NCBI GenBank assembly: GCA_023246355.1
Contig: JAHFIQ010000001.1
Coordinates: 145,887-209,886, forward strand
Origin: Candidatus Uhrbacteria bacterium
GTDB taxonomy: Bacteria; Patescibacteriota; Patescibacteriia; UBA9934; GWF2-40-263
Direction: 5' to 3'
Length of the DNA stretch: 64,000 nt
Shown here: positions 25,314 through 34,976 of the stretch, piece after piece
Layout: every line of letters begins with the position of its first letter
Position numbering within the stretch: the first letter of the stretch is position 1
Program-made: the position numbers and the translations under genes
The notes under the pieces: model-generated
The model's database searches: none
The model's input: only the letters and a program-made list of their open reading frames with translations
What the model was told of the DNA's origin: nothing

Positions 25314-26840
25314 ATGACCTCATGGCCTACTTCATTTAACGCCCAAGCTCGACACATAAACGACTCTCAGCAACGGGAGTTCGCTGACCACTGGTACCTC
25401 CATCAAGAAAAAGATCTCACGATCCAAGATGGAATTTCTTATGGCGGCCTTCTTCGTTTGCCTGTTTTTTTGTTGATGACTGAAACATTTCAAAAAAAGA
25501 CGCGCCTGGACTCGATATGGAAACTCGTAAAAACGATTGTTGCAATGCTCTGGATGTTTGCCTCTCTTCTTGTGCGCCCCCCAAAAAAAAATCCCCAAAA
25601 CCAACATTCTGGTCGTGAATATGCCTTCCTCTATGCCAAGCACGCGCCTACAGGAGCTATCGCAAAAACGCTCGATCCCATCATCCAAGCACTCAATACG
25701 CGTGGCGAATCCGTCCGTCTATTTACCTTTGACGAGAAGCAGCGCGATGCTCTACAAACCCAGTACCCCACGCTGCCTTGCGTGAATCTATCGGAAGGAT
25801 CCGTTTCCTTCAGTCATGTCTGGTCGCTTTTCAGGATGCTTGTGCGAACCACCTGTATCCTTCTCTTCTCAGCCAAACGCGCGAATCTATTCGATGCCCT
25901 TGGCCAATGGTACTATCATGCTCCAAGATTTCTGCAGATAGATCAGTCCCTGGAAACAGAGCTGCACAAAGACACAATCATCGTTTCAGCGACCGAGATG
26001 CATCCCCATGAACGACTCGTATTTACGCGTGCCAAGACACGAACCATTTCTACCATCCTCATTCAACATGGCGTTACGGACCAGACAATAAAAAATCAGG
26101 TAGTGAACACTCCCTCGATCGCATCACACGTGTTCGTTTGGGGGGAACATGCAAAACGCTATTTTCTCAAACATGGCGTGCCAGAACAACGTGTGACTGT
26201 CACAGGTTCGCCAGCACTCACCTCCCTATTTCACTCTCTCAAACGACCTTCTCGCGAAACAATACTCACACCATTTGCTCTCCCGAATCGTGCATTCATT
26301 CTCTTTTCCGGACAACATTTCGATCGTGAAAAAAATACGGCTCTGTGCACATTGATGCTCGAGGCGTACAAACGCTTCTCCTCAATGACACAAGAACCGC
26401 CCGCACTGCTTATCACTCCACACCCAGCAAAAAGTCCTTACTCCACGGTCTCTTTTTACACGAACCTCGTGGAAAAACATGACCTCAATCTGGAAGGGAA
26501 CGTCTTTGTGAGATCTGCAAAAAACCAAATTGGTGAACTGCTTGAAATGGCGGATCTTCTGATCACCTCTTCCTCGACCCTCCATGTGGAAGCGGCGATC
26601 AAAGGAATCCCTGTGATCCTCCTCAATATCGATGGAGTTCCCGACATGGATATGGTTACGGACAAAGCCGCACGAGCTGCCCATACGGAAGAAGAACTCA
26701 CAGATGCTCTACGATCGCTTCAAAATCCAATCGTCCGGGAATCTCTCCAGACGCATGTGCCTCGCTTTCTTGAGTCCTATATCTCCTACCCTGATAATGC
26801 TGTCACACGAGTCACCGAAAAACTTTTGACCATCCGTTAA
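25314..26840 (+). CDS. GT-B glycosyltransferase with HP and SS motifs (sialyltransferase / KpsC-KpsS capsule Kdo-transferase-like)
   Basis: The C-terminal domain reads FILFSGQHF...LLITPHPAKSP...IGELLEMADLLITSSSTLHVEAAIKGIPVILL. The HP motif and SS(S)T motif are arranged as in CMP-ulosonic-acid-dependent GT-B transferases. The N-terminal ~150 aa are unassigned. Confidence 0.45.
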   Translation: MTSWPTSFNAQARHINDSQQREFADHWYLHQEKDLTIQDGISYGGLLRLPVFLLMTETFQKKTRLDSIWKLVKTIVAMLWMFASLLVRPPKKNPQNQHSGREYAFLYAKHAPTGAIAKTLDPIIQALNTRGESVRLFTFDEKQRDALQTQYPTLPCVNLSEGSVSFSHVWSLFRMLVRTTCILLFSAKRANLFDALGQWYYHAPRFLQIDQSLETELHKDTIIVSATEMHPHERLVFTRAKTRTISTILIQHGVTDQTIKNQVVNTPSIASHVFVWGEHAKRYFLKHGVPEQRVTVTGSPALTSLFHSLKRPSRETILTPFALPNRAFILFSGQHFDREKNTALCTLMLEAYKRFSSMTQEPPALLITPHPAKSPYSTVSFYTNLVEKHDLNLEGNVFVRSAKNQIGELLEMADLLITSSSTLHVEAAIKGIPVILLNIDGVPDMDMVTDKAARAAHTEEELTDALRSLQNPIVRESLQTHVPRFLESYISYPDNAVTRVTEKLLTIR

Positions 26841-26844
26841 CCGT

Positions 26845-27852
26845 ATGACCTGTCCTGTCTGCCACAGTCCAACCGCACGACGATGGTGTTCTTGCCATGA
26901 TCACTTGATGAAAAAACCTCTTCCGGGTCGAACGTTTTATCGTTGTCTTTCCTGCGACTTGGTCTACCTATCACCACAGACGTCGACCACAGACTACGAG
27001 GAACACTACGGTGAAGGGTATATTTCTCACAAGCACGTGCCTTCAAAACCCCCTCGTGAATCGTATGCTTCTCAGAAGCTCCTCCAACTCCGAGGGCAGA
27101 TCTGGCAAGAGCTCTTTCAGGTACCCATGGGTCTGGTATCCTCGGGCCTATTCACTCGATGGATGCTCCTGCTTATACGAAGATCTGTTTTCTTTCGCTC
27201 TACACCACTCAAATGCGATGGGAACGGAAAGAAGCTGTTAGATGTCGGAAGCGGAGCCGGACAGTTCTTGACGGCGCAGTCACAACGAGGCTGGAACGTC
27301 CATGGCTTGGAACCTGCACCAAGAATGGTTGAGGAGAGCAGGGCGCGCGGACTGGATGTTCGCCAGGGATTTTCCATCGCACCGTATTTTCCTACACCAA
27401 CCTTTCATTTCATTGTCCTCAATCAAGTGTTTGAACATCTCACAGACCCACAGGTCATGTTAAAAGAAGGACACGATGCTCTCAGAGAAAACGGAATCCT
27501 TTACATGAACATGCCAAACGCACGCAGTCTTCCCGCATGGCTCTTTCGTGGCTTTTGGTTTAATCTAGATGCACCCCGACATAATCTCCTCTTCTCCCCT
27601 TCGGTCATCAGACGCCTACTCGTACAAGAGAACTTTGAAGTGCTCATGCTCTACACGTCCTCAAGTACAAAGGGGTTCACGGGCTCCATAGAGTACCTGC
27701 TCCGTGATGTATTTCACCTTCCACTCCCCGAAGGATCTGTGAGAAAAAATAAATGGTTCAACCGCTGTTTAGTACCATTCGTTCGCCTTATTGATTGGTT
27801 TGGCGTGGGAGACAATCTCCATGTCATTGCTCGAAAAAAATCCATCCTATGA
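26845..27852 (+). CDS. SAM-dependent methyltransferase with N-terminal zinc-ribbon (sugar C/O-methyltransferase-like)
   Basis: CPVCHS...CLSCDL is a Zn ribbon. LLDVGSGAGQFL is SAM motif I. FIVLNQVFEHLTDP is present. Confidence 0.65.
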   Translation: MTCPVCHSPTARRWCSCHDHLMKKPLPGRTFYRCLSCDLVYLSPQTSTTDYEEHYGEGYISHKHVPSKPPRESYASQKLLQLRGQIWQELFQVPMGLVSSGLFTRWMLLLIRRSVFFRSTPLKCDGNGKKLLDVGSGAGQFLTAQSQRGWNVHGLEPAPRMVEESRARGLDVRQGFSIAPYFPTPTFHFIVLNQVFEHLTDPQVMLKEGHDALRENGILYMNMPNARSLPAWLFRGFWFNLDAPRHNLLFSPSVIRRLLVQENFEVLMLYTSSSTKGFTGSIEYLLRDVFHLPLPEGSVRKNKWFNRCLVPFVRLIDWFGVGDNLHVIARKKSIL

Positions 27853-28826
27853 AGGAAGCTCTTTGTCTTCTGTGCAACCAAGACAACGCATCGGTACTGC
27901 TCATCAATAAAGGGGATCCTTTCCGGACAAGCATCAACGGACGGGAAACACGCTATGTGGTCTGCAACCTGTGTGGTTTTGTGTATCAGAATCCAAAACT
28001 AGATGAACAGGAAATTGAAAACCTGTACACAAAAGAGACCTACGATAAAAAAGACACACGTATCACGGAAGCCTATCAACAGAAAAAAGAAGAATACGCA
28101 AAACAGAGCTTTGACTGGATCGCCAAACACAGACAGGTTTCAACACAGACGAACGAATCTAAAATTCTCGATATCGGATGCAATACAGGCGCCCTCTTAT
28201 CCCTGTTCAAACAGCAAGGTTGGCAATGTTATGGGGTTGAACCTTCACAAAACATGTCGACCATAGCGAAAGAACGCTACGGCCTGACACAGGTCTCAAC
28301 TCACCTTTTTAAAGAAGGACTGTTCGCTCCAGCCTCGTTCTCCTTTGTCTCCCTTCTCCACACGCTTGAACACCTTGAAAACCCAGCGATCATGCTCAAG
28401 GAAATAGCGCAGGTCTTGAATCCCGATGGCACGGTGTACATCGAGGTGCCGGATATCTACCAACCAAAAAGTTGCTTCTATACATCCTACTTTGCCGCAC
28501 CGCACCTCTACGTTTTTTCCCCTCATTCTCTAGAGCGACTTCTCGCCCAACACGGTTTTCAGACCATCGCCCGTGGTGCCGTTCCTCGTGGAATCTGCGT
28601 GCTTGCAAAGAAAGCGGAACCGCGCGACCTTCCCCTCACAGACGATTCCACGAACATCATCTTTCAGATCACACAGTATAAAAAGATTCATGACCGCCAC
28701 GCGTTTCTCTATCGATACATCGCCCAGAGCCTTCCTGCGCGTATCCTCATCAAACTCCGCCTTCCGATTATCAGCTCTGCGCTCTCCCGATGTACAGAAC
28801 GGGTCCGTGTCAATAAAATCATCTAA
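27849..28826 (+). CDS. SAM-dependent methyltransferase with N-terminal zinc-ribbon (paralog-type of previous)
   Basis: The start is trimmed to MKEALCLLCNQ, giving an ATGA overlap. Cys pairs CLLC...CNLC are present. ILDIGCNTGALLSLF is SAM motif I. Confidence 0.65.
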   Translation: MKEALCLLCNQDNASVLLINKGDPFRTSINGRETRYVVCNLCGFVYQNPKLDEQEIENLYTKETYDKKDTRITEAYQQKKEEYAKQSFDWIAKHRQVSTQTNESKILDIGCNTGALLSLFKQQGWQCYGVEPSQNMSTIAKERYGLTQVSTHLFKEGLFAPASFSFVSLLHTLEHLENPAIMLKEIAQVLNPDGTVYIEVPDIYQPKSCFYTSYFAAPHLYVFSPHSLERLLAQHGFQTIARGAVPRGICVLAKKAEPRDLPLTDDSTNIIFQITQYKKIHDRHAFLYRYIAQSLPARILIKLRLPIISSALSRCTERVRVNKII

Positions 28827-28835
28827 ATCATTTCC

Positions 28836-29924
28836 ATGCCCTCCGAGTGGTTGAACAATCTTCGCACACACCTCTTGCTCTTTCTTGAACAACAAAGAGA
28901 TGAAACCATCCCTGGATATTTTCGTTATGCGTTCTCTGGTGATGTCTTTCAAAATAAAAATCGATCAAACCTCGCCGGAAGTATCTTTGCGCTCAAGCTG
29001 TACCACATGCTCAACATGCACCAAGCGGCACCCACGCATTCGGCCATTGAACGCATTCTGAGCTTCCAAAAGTCAGATGGAACGATCTACGATCCGTTTA
29101 TCTATCGAAAAAGTTTTATAAGAAATCTTCTTTCAAATCTTTCAAAAGCCAAGACACACAACCTTAATAACGATGAATACATTCGAGCGGAAACACGACA
29201 GGCCTACTCTGCCCTTCTTCTGTATGACATCATCCCTGATCATCTATACGCCAACATCCCAACACAACCTGATGCAGTCAAAAAATACATTGACACGCTC
29301 GACTGGAAGCGACCATGGGGAGCTGGAAGCCACGTAAGTCACCTCTTGTTTTTTTTGTCCCTCTTGAGAAAGGCAAAACGGCTAGATGAGACAACGTACA
29401 ACGATGCTCGCGAAATGACTCTGAGCTCTCTCTCTTCTCTTCAGCACAACTCTGATGGCACTTGGTATACCGGCCTTCCATCGCCCAGACAAAAAGTGAA
29501 TGGTGCCATGAAAGTGATCACCGGCCTGCTCATCGACAATGTCCCCTTCACGTATCCTGATCGCTTGATTGATCTGTGTCTGCACACTGACACGCAACAG
29601 ACATCCGATGCGTGTGATCAAATAAATCAAGTACTCGTATTGCGCTACGCAGACGAACAGTGCCAGCACAGTCATCGTCGGGACGAGATATTCACATTCT
29701 GCGAAAAAATCCTCTGGCAATGGCAAGACTATTATCATCAAAACGAAGGAGGTTTTTCCTTTCACAAAAATCGTGCGAATGATCGCTATTACGGTGCAAA
29801 CGTAAGCCGTGGACTGAACGAACCAGACATCCATGGGACGGTTCTGTTTGTCTGGGGACTGAGCCTGATGGCGAAACTGATTCCGCTCCCAGAATTGGAC
29901 TGGCTACAAGAAATGAAAAGTTGA
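28836..29924 (+). CDS. Hypothetical protein with repeated Q/S-x-DG-[TW]-[WFY] motifs (possible alpha/alpha-toroid fold)
   Basis: The motifs are QKSDGTIYDP, WGAGSHVSHLLFFLSLL, HNSDGTWYTG and NEGGFSFH. The spacing resembles prenyltransferase, terpene-cyclase or AGE-type (alpha/alpha)6 repeats. The family is not assigned. Confidence 0.35.
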   Translation: MPSEWLNNLRTHLLLFLEQQRDETIPGYFRYAFSGDVFQNKNRSNLAGSIFALKLYHMLNMHQAAPTHSAIERILSFQKSDGTIYDPFIYRKSFIRNLLSNLSKAKTHNLNNDEYIRAETRQAYSALLLYDIIPDHLYANIPTQPDAVKKYIDTLDWKRPWGAGSHVSHLLFFLSLLRKAKRLDETTYNDAREMTLSSLSSLQHNSDGTWYTGLPSPRQKVNGAMKVITGLLIDNVPFTYPDRLIDLCLHTDTQQTSDACDQINQVLVLRYADEQCQHSHRRDEIFTFCEKILWQWQDYYHQNEGGFSFHKNRANDRYYGANVSRGLNEPDIHGTVLFVWGLSLMAKLIPLPELDWLQEMKS

Positions 29925-30757
29925 TGTCTATGACTGTTTCCATTCTCCTTTCCGTCTTCAACGGCGAACGTTTCCTGCGACAAGCTGTCGACAGTCTTCT
30001 GACACAGACCTACCGAGATTTCGAATTGTGGATCGTGAATGACGCATCAACAGATCAAACACCACAAATTTTGGATCAACTCTCCCGTGAAGATTCTCGA
30101 GTCCGTATCATCACAAACGAGAGGAACCTCGGTCTCACAAAATCACTCAACCTCGCCCTTGCCCAAGCTCAAGGCTCCTCCATCGCTCGTATGGATGCCG
30201 ACGATATCGCTCTCCCTGAGCGGCTTGAAAAACAAGTCGCCTATCTTGATGCCCATCCTGATATTGACGTGGTCGGAACCGCCTATCAATTTATCAACGC
30301 ACAGAATCGCGTGATCGGTGAGCGTCATCCGTCGACAGACGATGAACAGATTCGCCGTAAACTCATTATTCACAATCCATTCCTCCACAGCTCAGTCCTG
30401 ATCCGAAGAGCACTCCTTGACCAAGTCCATGGCTATGACGAACGTTTCCGCCGCGCACAAGACTACGACTTATGGATGCGACTGGAGCCTCTGACGAAAC
30501 TCGCCAACCTCCCGAATATTCTCATGCAAAAACGTTTCACAACTGACATGATCTCGTATGCATCTGAACGTGAACAAATCAAAACAGCTGTGACCATCCG
30601 TGTAGCCGCCATCCGTCGAGGTCAGTATCCTTGGTGGTGCGCCATCTATCTGATTAAACCGTTCCTCGCCACCATCCTCCCGCTTCCCTTGGTCCGATTC
30701 TTGCGGACCCACGTCTTTGGACAAAAAATCTATGCTCACCCCTTCGTACAAAAATAG
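29921..30757 (+). CDS. GT2 (GT-A) glycosyltransferase
   Basis: VSILLSVFNGERFLRQAVDSLLTQTYRDFELWIVNDASTDQT and RMDADD match the DxD region. ATGA overlap. Confidence 0.75.
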   Translation: MMSMTVSILLSVFNGERFLRQAVDSLLTQTYRDFELWIVNDASTDQTPQILDQLSREDSRVRIITNERNLGLTKSLNLALAQAQGSSIARMDADDIALPERLEKQVAYLDAHPDIDVVGTAYQFINAQNRVIGERHPSTDDEQIRRKLIIHNPFLHSSVLIRRALLDQVHGYDERFRRAQDYDLWMRLEPLTKLANLPNILMQKRFTTDMISYASEREQIKTAVTIRVAAIRRGQYPWWCAIYLIKPFLATILPLPLVRFLRTHVFGQKIYAHPFVQK

Positions 30758-30792
30758 TGAGCTGAGGACTTGTGTAGCAAAATTTTTCTCAC

Positions 30793-31899
30793 ATGAAAAT
30801 CTTTTTCTTCATCACCAAATCTGAAACCGGTGGCGCGCAGACACATGTCGCGCAGCTCACGAAGTTTTTTCTGTCTCGTGGGGATGAAGTCTGTGTGATG
30901 AGCGCTCCTGGTGGCTGGCTTGAAACGGAAACTCAGCGACAGGGAGCGCCCTTCTTTCCCAATCCTTTTCTCTCTAATGCTCCCAACCCTCTGCGTCTTC
31001 TCAAAGCTGCTTCTGCCCTCACTGATGCGGTCCGTGAATTCCAACCTGATCTCGTCGCCTGTCACAGCACCATGGCCGGCCTCTTGGGTCGTCTAACCAT
31101 CAAAAATCGCATCCCTACGGTCTTCACAGCTCATGGCTGGGGTTTCCTGCCTGGCGCTCCCCGTACACGACGGGTCTTCTTACCGATCCTGGAGCGGATC
31201 GCGGCGAAATTCTGCTCCAAAATTATTTGTGTCTCACAAAATGATCTGAGGCTGGCACGAGCTCATCGCATTGCTCCTGAAAAAAAATTAGTCCAGATCT
31301 ACAACGGTATTGAGATTCCAAATCCCCGTCTTGACCACTTTCGCCGTCTCGACCACCTGGTCCACCTCTTTTTTGTCGGCCGCCTTGCTCCACCCAAAGA
31401 TCCGTTCATGCTCATCCATGCTGTCTCAACGCTCCCCCACGATCTCCAAAACCGAATTACCGTGACCATCATCGGCGAAGGCCCACAGAGGACAGCTCTT
31501 CAACATCTTATCCGTGAGACACACCTGGAGCCATACGTGAATCTTTCTGGAACGCTCGCGCGAGACGAAATCTTGAAACGGCTCCAGACACAAGCTGACA
31601 TCTTCGTGCTGCTCTCCCATTTCGAAGGCTTTCCGTATTCGATCCTGGAGGCCATGGCCTGCGGCGTTCCTGTGATCGCTTCTCATGTAGGCGGTATTAA
31701 AGAAGCCATAACGCCAGACGTTGGCTTGCTCATCTCGCCGTCAGATCCTGAGTCTCTGATGCAAGCTCTGACACGCCTCATTCAAAATCCAGAAGAACGT
31801 CAACACATGGGTGTGCGCGCACGCGAAAAAGCGCAAAACGAATTTTCCGTCGAACGCATGTGTGAAAAAACGCTCGAGGCCTATCAACGTGTCATCTGA
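30793..31899 (+). CDS. GT4 family glycosyltransferase
   Basis: N-terminus ITKSETGGAQTHVAQL. C-terminus FEGFPYSILEAMACGVPVIASHVGGIKEAI. Confidence 0.75.
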   Translation: MKIFFFITKSETGGAQTHVAQLTKFFLSRGDEVCVMSAPGGWLETETQRQGAPFFPNPFLSNAPNPLRLLKAASALTDAVREFQPDLVACHSTMAGLLGRLTIKNRIPTVFTAHGWGFLPGAPRTRRVFLPILERIAAKFCSKIICVSQNDLRLARAHRIAPEKKLVQIYNGIEIPNPRLDHFRRLDHLVHLFFVGRLAPPKDPFMLIHAVSTLPHDLQNRITVTIIGEGPQRTALQHLIRETHLEPYVNLSGTLARDEILKRLQTQADIFVLLSHFEGFPYSILEAMACGVPVIASHVGGIKEAITPDVGLLISPSDPESLMQALTRLIQNPEERQHMGVRAREKAQNEFSVERMCEKTLEAYQRVI

Positions 31900-31913
31900 T
31901 ATACTGATGACGT

Positions 31914-33272
31914 ATGCAGAAGGAGGACACTATTTTGAAACTCATCAAACAACAACCAGTGCTTGCGTTTGTTGATCCTTTTCTCTCAGACCATCCTACC
32001 GCCCAACTCTTTCTTGTCGGCGGCGCTGTGCGTGATGCACTGTTTGGAAGAACCATGACTGAGCAAGATTTTGATTTTGTCATTCGTGGGTTGTCCCAAG
32101 AAGAAATCCAAACCTGGTTTAGCACGCAAGGCGAAGTGAACCTGGTTGGCCAACACTTTGGCGTGTTCAAGTTCATGCCGCGAGGATTCTCACCAGAGCA
32201 CATTTCTTTCATCGATCTCGCTCTCCCAAGAACAGAAGCTGTGTCAGAAGGATCGCTGGGCGGCTACAAAGATTTTGATGTCCAGTCTGATCCATCGCTT
32301 CCCATCGAAGACGACTTGGCACGGCGAGACTTCACCATGAACGCCATGGCCTTTGATATCCGAAAGCAGCACCTGGTCGATCCCTTCCAAGGACAAACCG
32401 ATCTCGCAAACAAAACCATCCGAGCGGTTGGAAATCCAGAAGCACGCTTTCGCGAAGATCTCACACGCCTCCTGCGTGCGATTCGTTTCTCTGCCGAGCT
32501 TGGATTCGACATCGAAGAGAACACGCACCGCGCCATCAAAATACTCCTGCCGGAAATCAATCGAATGCGCGAGGTAGATGGGAAACTCGAATTTGTGGTG
32601 CCAAGAGAAATCGTCGGGGAAGAATTGGCAAAGGCTCTCAATCGAAATCCTCATCGTGCGGTTGAACGACTGCAACAGACCGGAGCTCTCCATGAAATTT
32701 TTCTCGGGATCAAAGACGCTCTTTCAGAGCAGGACTATCTGGATCCTCTTGAACAGACGCATCCCAATGAACTTCTCGTCGTTGTTTCCCTGCTCATGCG
32801 AGGTTTGAACAAAGAACAGCTACACAATGCGATTCACCTTTCAGGGCTGGATCGCCTTCCACGAGATTCCGATATCCGTATTGACACAGGTGATGTGCTT
32901 TGGCTCGTAAAAAGTCTACAAACAAACATCTCTGTCCATGAAATCCAAGGCATGCCTGGATCTGAATTTGAACGACGGTTCATGAATGGTCGTGGCGGGG
33001 CATTGGTTCGCTGTCTCGATCTTCTGGAGAAAAAAAACATCGCGGACGCAGCACGTCAGCGACGAAAACACATTGAAGACCGTTGGCTGGTCGATCACGA
33101 TGAAACGATCGCTCCCCTGCTCTCAGGAAACGACGTGCTGGCCGCCGGCGTTGGTGCCGGACCAAAAGTACGTCTCTGGCTCGACGGCATCCGTGACTTA
33201 CAACTCGATGGCAGACTCATGACTCGCGAAGCCGCGCTGATTTGGCTTAAAGACAACCTTCCACGGGAGTGA
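31914..33272 (+). CDS. cca: tRNA nucleotidyltransferase (CCA-adding enzyme) / PolyA_pol family
   Basis: FLVGGAVRDALFGR is the head-domain GG-x-VRD motif. RDFTMNAMAF and ARFREDLTRLLRAIRFSAELGF are present. Confidence 0.7.
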   Translation: MQKEDTILKLIKQQPVLAFVDPFLSDHPTAQLFLVGGAVRDALFGRTMTEQDFDFVIRGLSQEEIQTWFSTQGEVNLVGQHFGVFKFMPRGFSPEHISFIDLALPRTEAVSEGSLGGYKDFDVQSDPSLPIEDDLARRDFTMNAMAFDIRKQHLVDPFQGQTDLANKTIRAVGNPEARFREDLTRLLRAIRFSAELGFDIEENTHRAIKILLPEINRMREVDGKLEFVVPREIVGEELAKALNRNPHRAVERLQQTGALHEIFLGIKDALSEQDYLDPLEQTHPNELLVVVSLLMRGLNKEQLHNAIHLSGLDRLPRDSDIRIDTGDVLWLVKSLQTNISVHEIQGMPGSEFERRFMNGRGGALVRCLDLLEKKNIADAARQRRKHIEDRWLVDHDETIAPLLSGNDVLAAGVGAGPKVRLWLDGIRDLQLDGRLMTREAALIWLKDNLPRE

Positions 33273-34791
33273 TTTCAAGCCAGGCTGGTAGCGTTGGGTC
33301 TTCAAGATAGCGACCTGGAAGTCTCGCACGAGACCAATTCCATGTTTGCCATTCCCACCCGAGTGACAGTTGGTTGAAGTCAAAAAGTTGGTTCAGATAA
33401 AAATTTTGTAAACTCTCGCGAACATACACCCCATCACAGGCTGTTTGGTCAAAGCCTTGGACATCACTCTGCTGCGCTCCGTCCAAAAACGTCTTGATCG
33501 TGGGATAGGCTTCTTCACTCAAAGACATCAAAGAATACACATCGACCTTGCAAGCTGTGGTCGATTTTTGTTCGCACGCTTCATGTCGTTTGATATTCAG
33601 TGCTGCTGTCAGTTGATCTGAGGGTGTCCAGGCAAAAAGAAGTCCAGAGCAAGCCAGCACGATCAGCCCATGGTGCATCAGGTTTACTTGAGAGGCTTGA
33701 CGCAGAACATTCACGAGCAACAACACCAATAGAATGCCAAGGGTGTCCATCACAAAATACCCAAACAAACGATCTGGTGTGTAGCCGTACGCATCGACGT
33801 ACAGATTCAGCCGTGTAAACGCAGAGAAGAGCACGAGAAGGGTTTCCACGATCAAGGCCCCGTGAAGTCCTGTGAGGACCTTGCTCGTGCGCTCACCGTG
33901 CAAAAGACGCAACGTAAGAATGATGCCGATCACCAAAAATGCCGCGACAACGAGTTGAAAAAAACCTTCACGAGCATACTGTGCATACGTGACATCCATG
34001 CCGACAAAGGCCGCCTCGCCGCCGAACAGCGCATAGCCTTGGACCAGAAGAAAGCTCGCAAACAAAACAGCGATGCCTCCCACGATCACCTGACTTTCAA
34101 GAATAAATCGGGGTTTCAATTCATCCAATGCTGCGTGAGTAAACCGTTGCCAAAACGCGGCGGCAAAAATCGTGGAAAACAACGCCGTCCAAAATCCGAC
34201 GTATAGGACATGACCCAACCAATGTTCAGGTTCAAAGAGAAGATTAAGTTTAGAAAAAACATCACCTGTGTAAGAACGAAACAACACGTCAGCGCTAGAA
34301 AACAACGCAACGAAAAGCAAGAAGATCGGAATCAAGATGACCAAGCCTTTCACCATGGCATTTTGACGCGCAGTAAAACGCTTCGAACGGAGCTCGCGAA
34401 AAATGGTCAGGCGCGATAACAGCTTCCATCCCAACTCAAGAGTCCCGGTTGAAAGAATCTCAAATGGATGCCGCCATTGTCCAGAATGCCCCAGAGCAAA
34501 AACGATAAAGAGCAAATTGGAAATGAAAAATCCAAAAAAGGCAATCGTGAGTCCAAAGCTCCCTGTCCAGACCGCAAACACCGCGCTGTAGGCAAACGCA
34601 AAGCCAGCCGCGACCCAGGCACGGCGTGACAAGTGATGCTTCGTCCACAGGGAAATCCAAAAACTCATAGCCAAAAAAAGAACTTCCGCAACAGGAAGAT
34701 TCAGGCCAAAGCGCATCTGCTCAAAAAAGAGATAATCAAACGCGATTCCAAGTCCAAGCGCTGACAAAGCAATTTTTGTGGGTGTCGTCAT
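33247..34791 (-). CDS. Polytopic integral membrane protein, function unknown
   Basis: A 514-aa ORF with more than 10 hydrophobic helices and a Cys-containing C-terminal soluble tail. Its 3' end overlaps cca convergently. Confidence 0.5.
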   Translation of the reverse strand: MTTPTKIALSALGLGIAFDYLFFEQMRFGLNLPVAEVLFLAMSFWISLWTKHHLSRRAWVAAGFAFAYSAVFAVWTGSFGLTIAFFGFFISNLLFIVFALGHSGQWRHPFEILSTGTLELGWKLLSRLTIFRELRSKRFTARQNAMVKGLVILIPIFLLFVALFSSADVLFRSYTGDVFSKLNLLFEPEHWLGHVLYVGFWTALFSTIFAAAFWQRFTHAALDELKPRFILESQVIVGGIAVLFASFLLVQGYALFGGEAAFVGMDVTYAQYAREGFFQLVVAAFLVIGIILTLRLLHGERTSKVLTGLHGALIVETLLVLFSAFTRLNLYVDAYGYTPDRLFGYFVMDTLGILLVLLLVNVLRQASQVNLMHHGLIVLACSGLLFAWTPSDQLTAALNIKRHEACEQKSTTACKVDVYSLMSLSEEAYPTIKTFLDGAQQSDVQGFDQTACDGVYVRESLQNFYLNQLFDFNQLSLGWEWQTWNWSRARLPGRYLEDPTLPAWLEITPVEGCL

Positions 34792-34794
34792 AGG

Positions 34795-34965
34795 TTATGG
34801 AATCGTGAGTGAATAAAATAATCCGTAGAAGAGAATCAAAATCGCTGAGGCCATGATGATGGCGGTCAGACCGATGATCCCTTCTTTGTCCTGACGTTGA
34901 ACAGCTTTGCGAATAAGAATCACGCTCACGATAAGGAGGCTCACACCGATAAAGAGAAATGGCAT
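34795..34965 (-). CDS. Small 56-aa two-helix membrane protein (below track cutoff)
   Basis: Hand translation gives MPFLFIGVSLLIVSVILIRKAVQRQDKEGIIGLTAIIMASAILILFYGLFYSLTIP. The stop sits 3 nt before the ATG of the downstream membrane-protein gene. The Shine-Dalgarno signal is weak. Confidence 0.3.
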   Translation of the reverse strand: MPFLFIGVSLLIVSVILIRKAVQRQDKEGIIGLTAIIMASAILILFYGLFYSLTIP

Positions 34966-34976
34966 AGAGGTTTATT

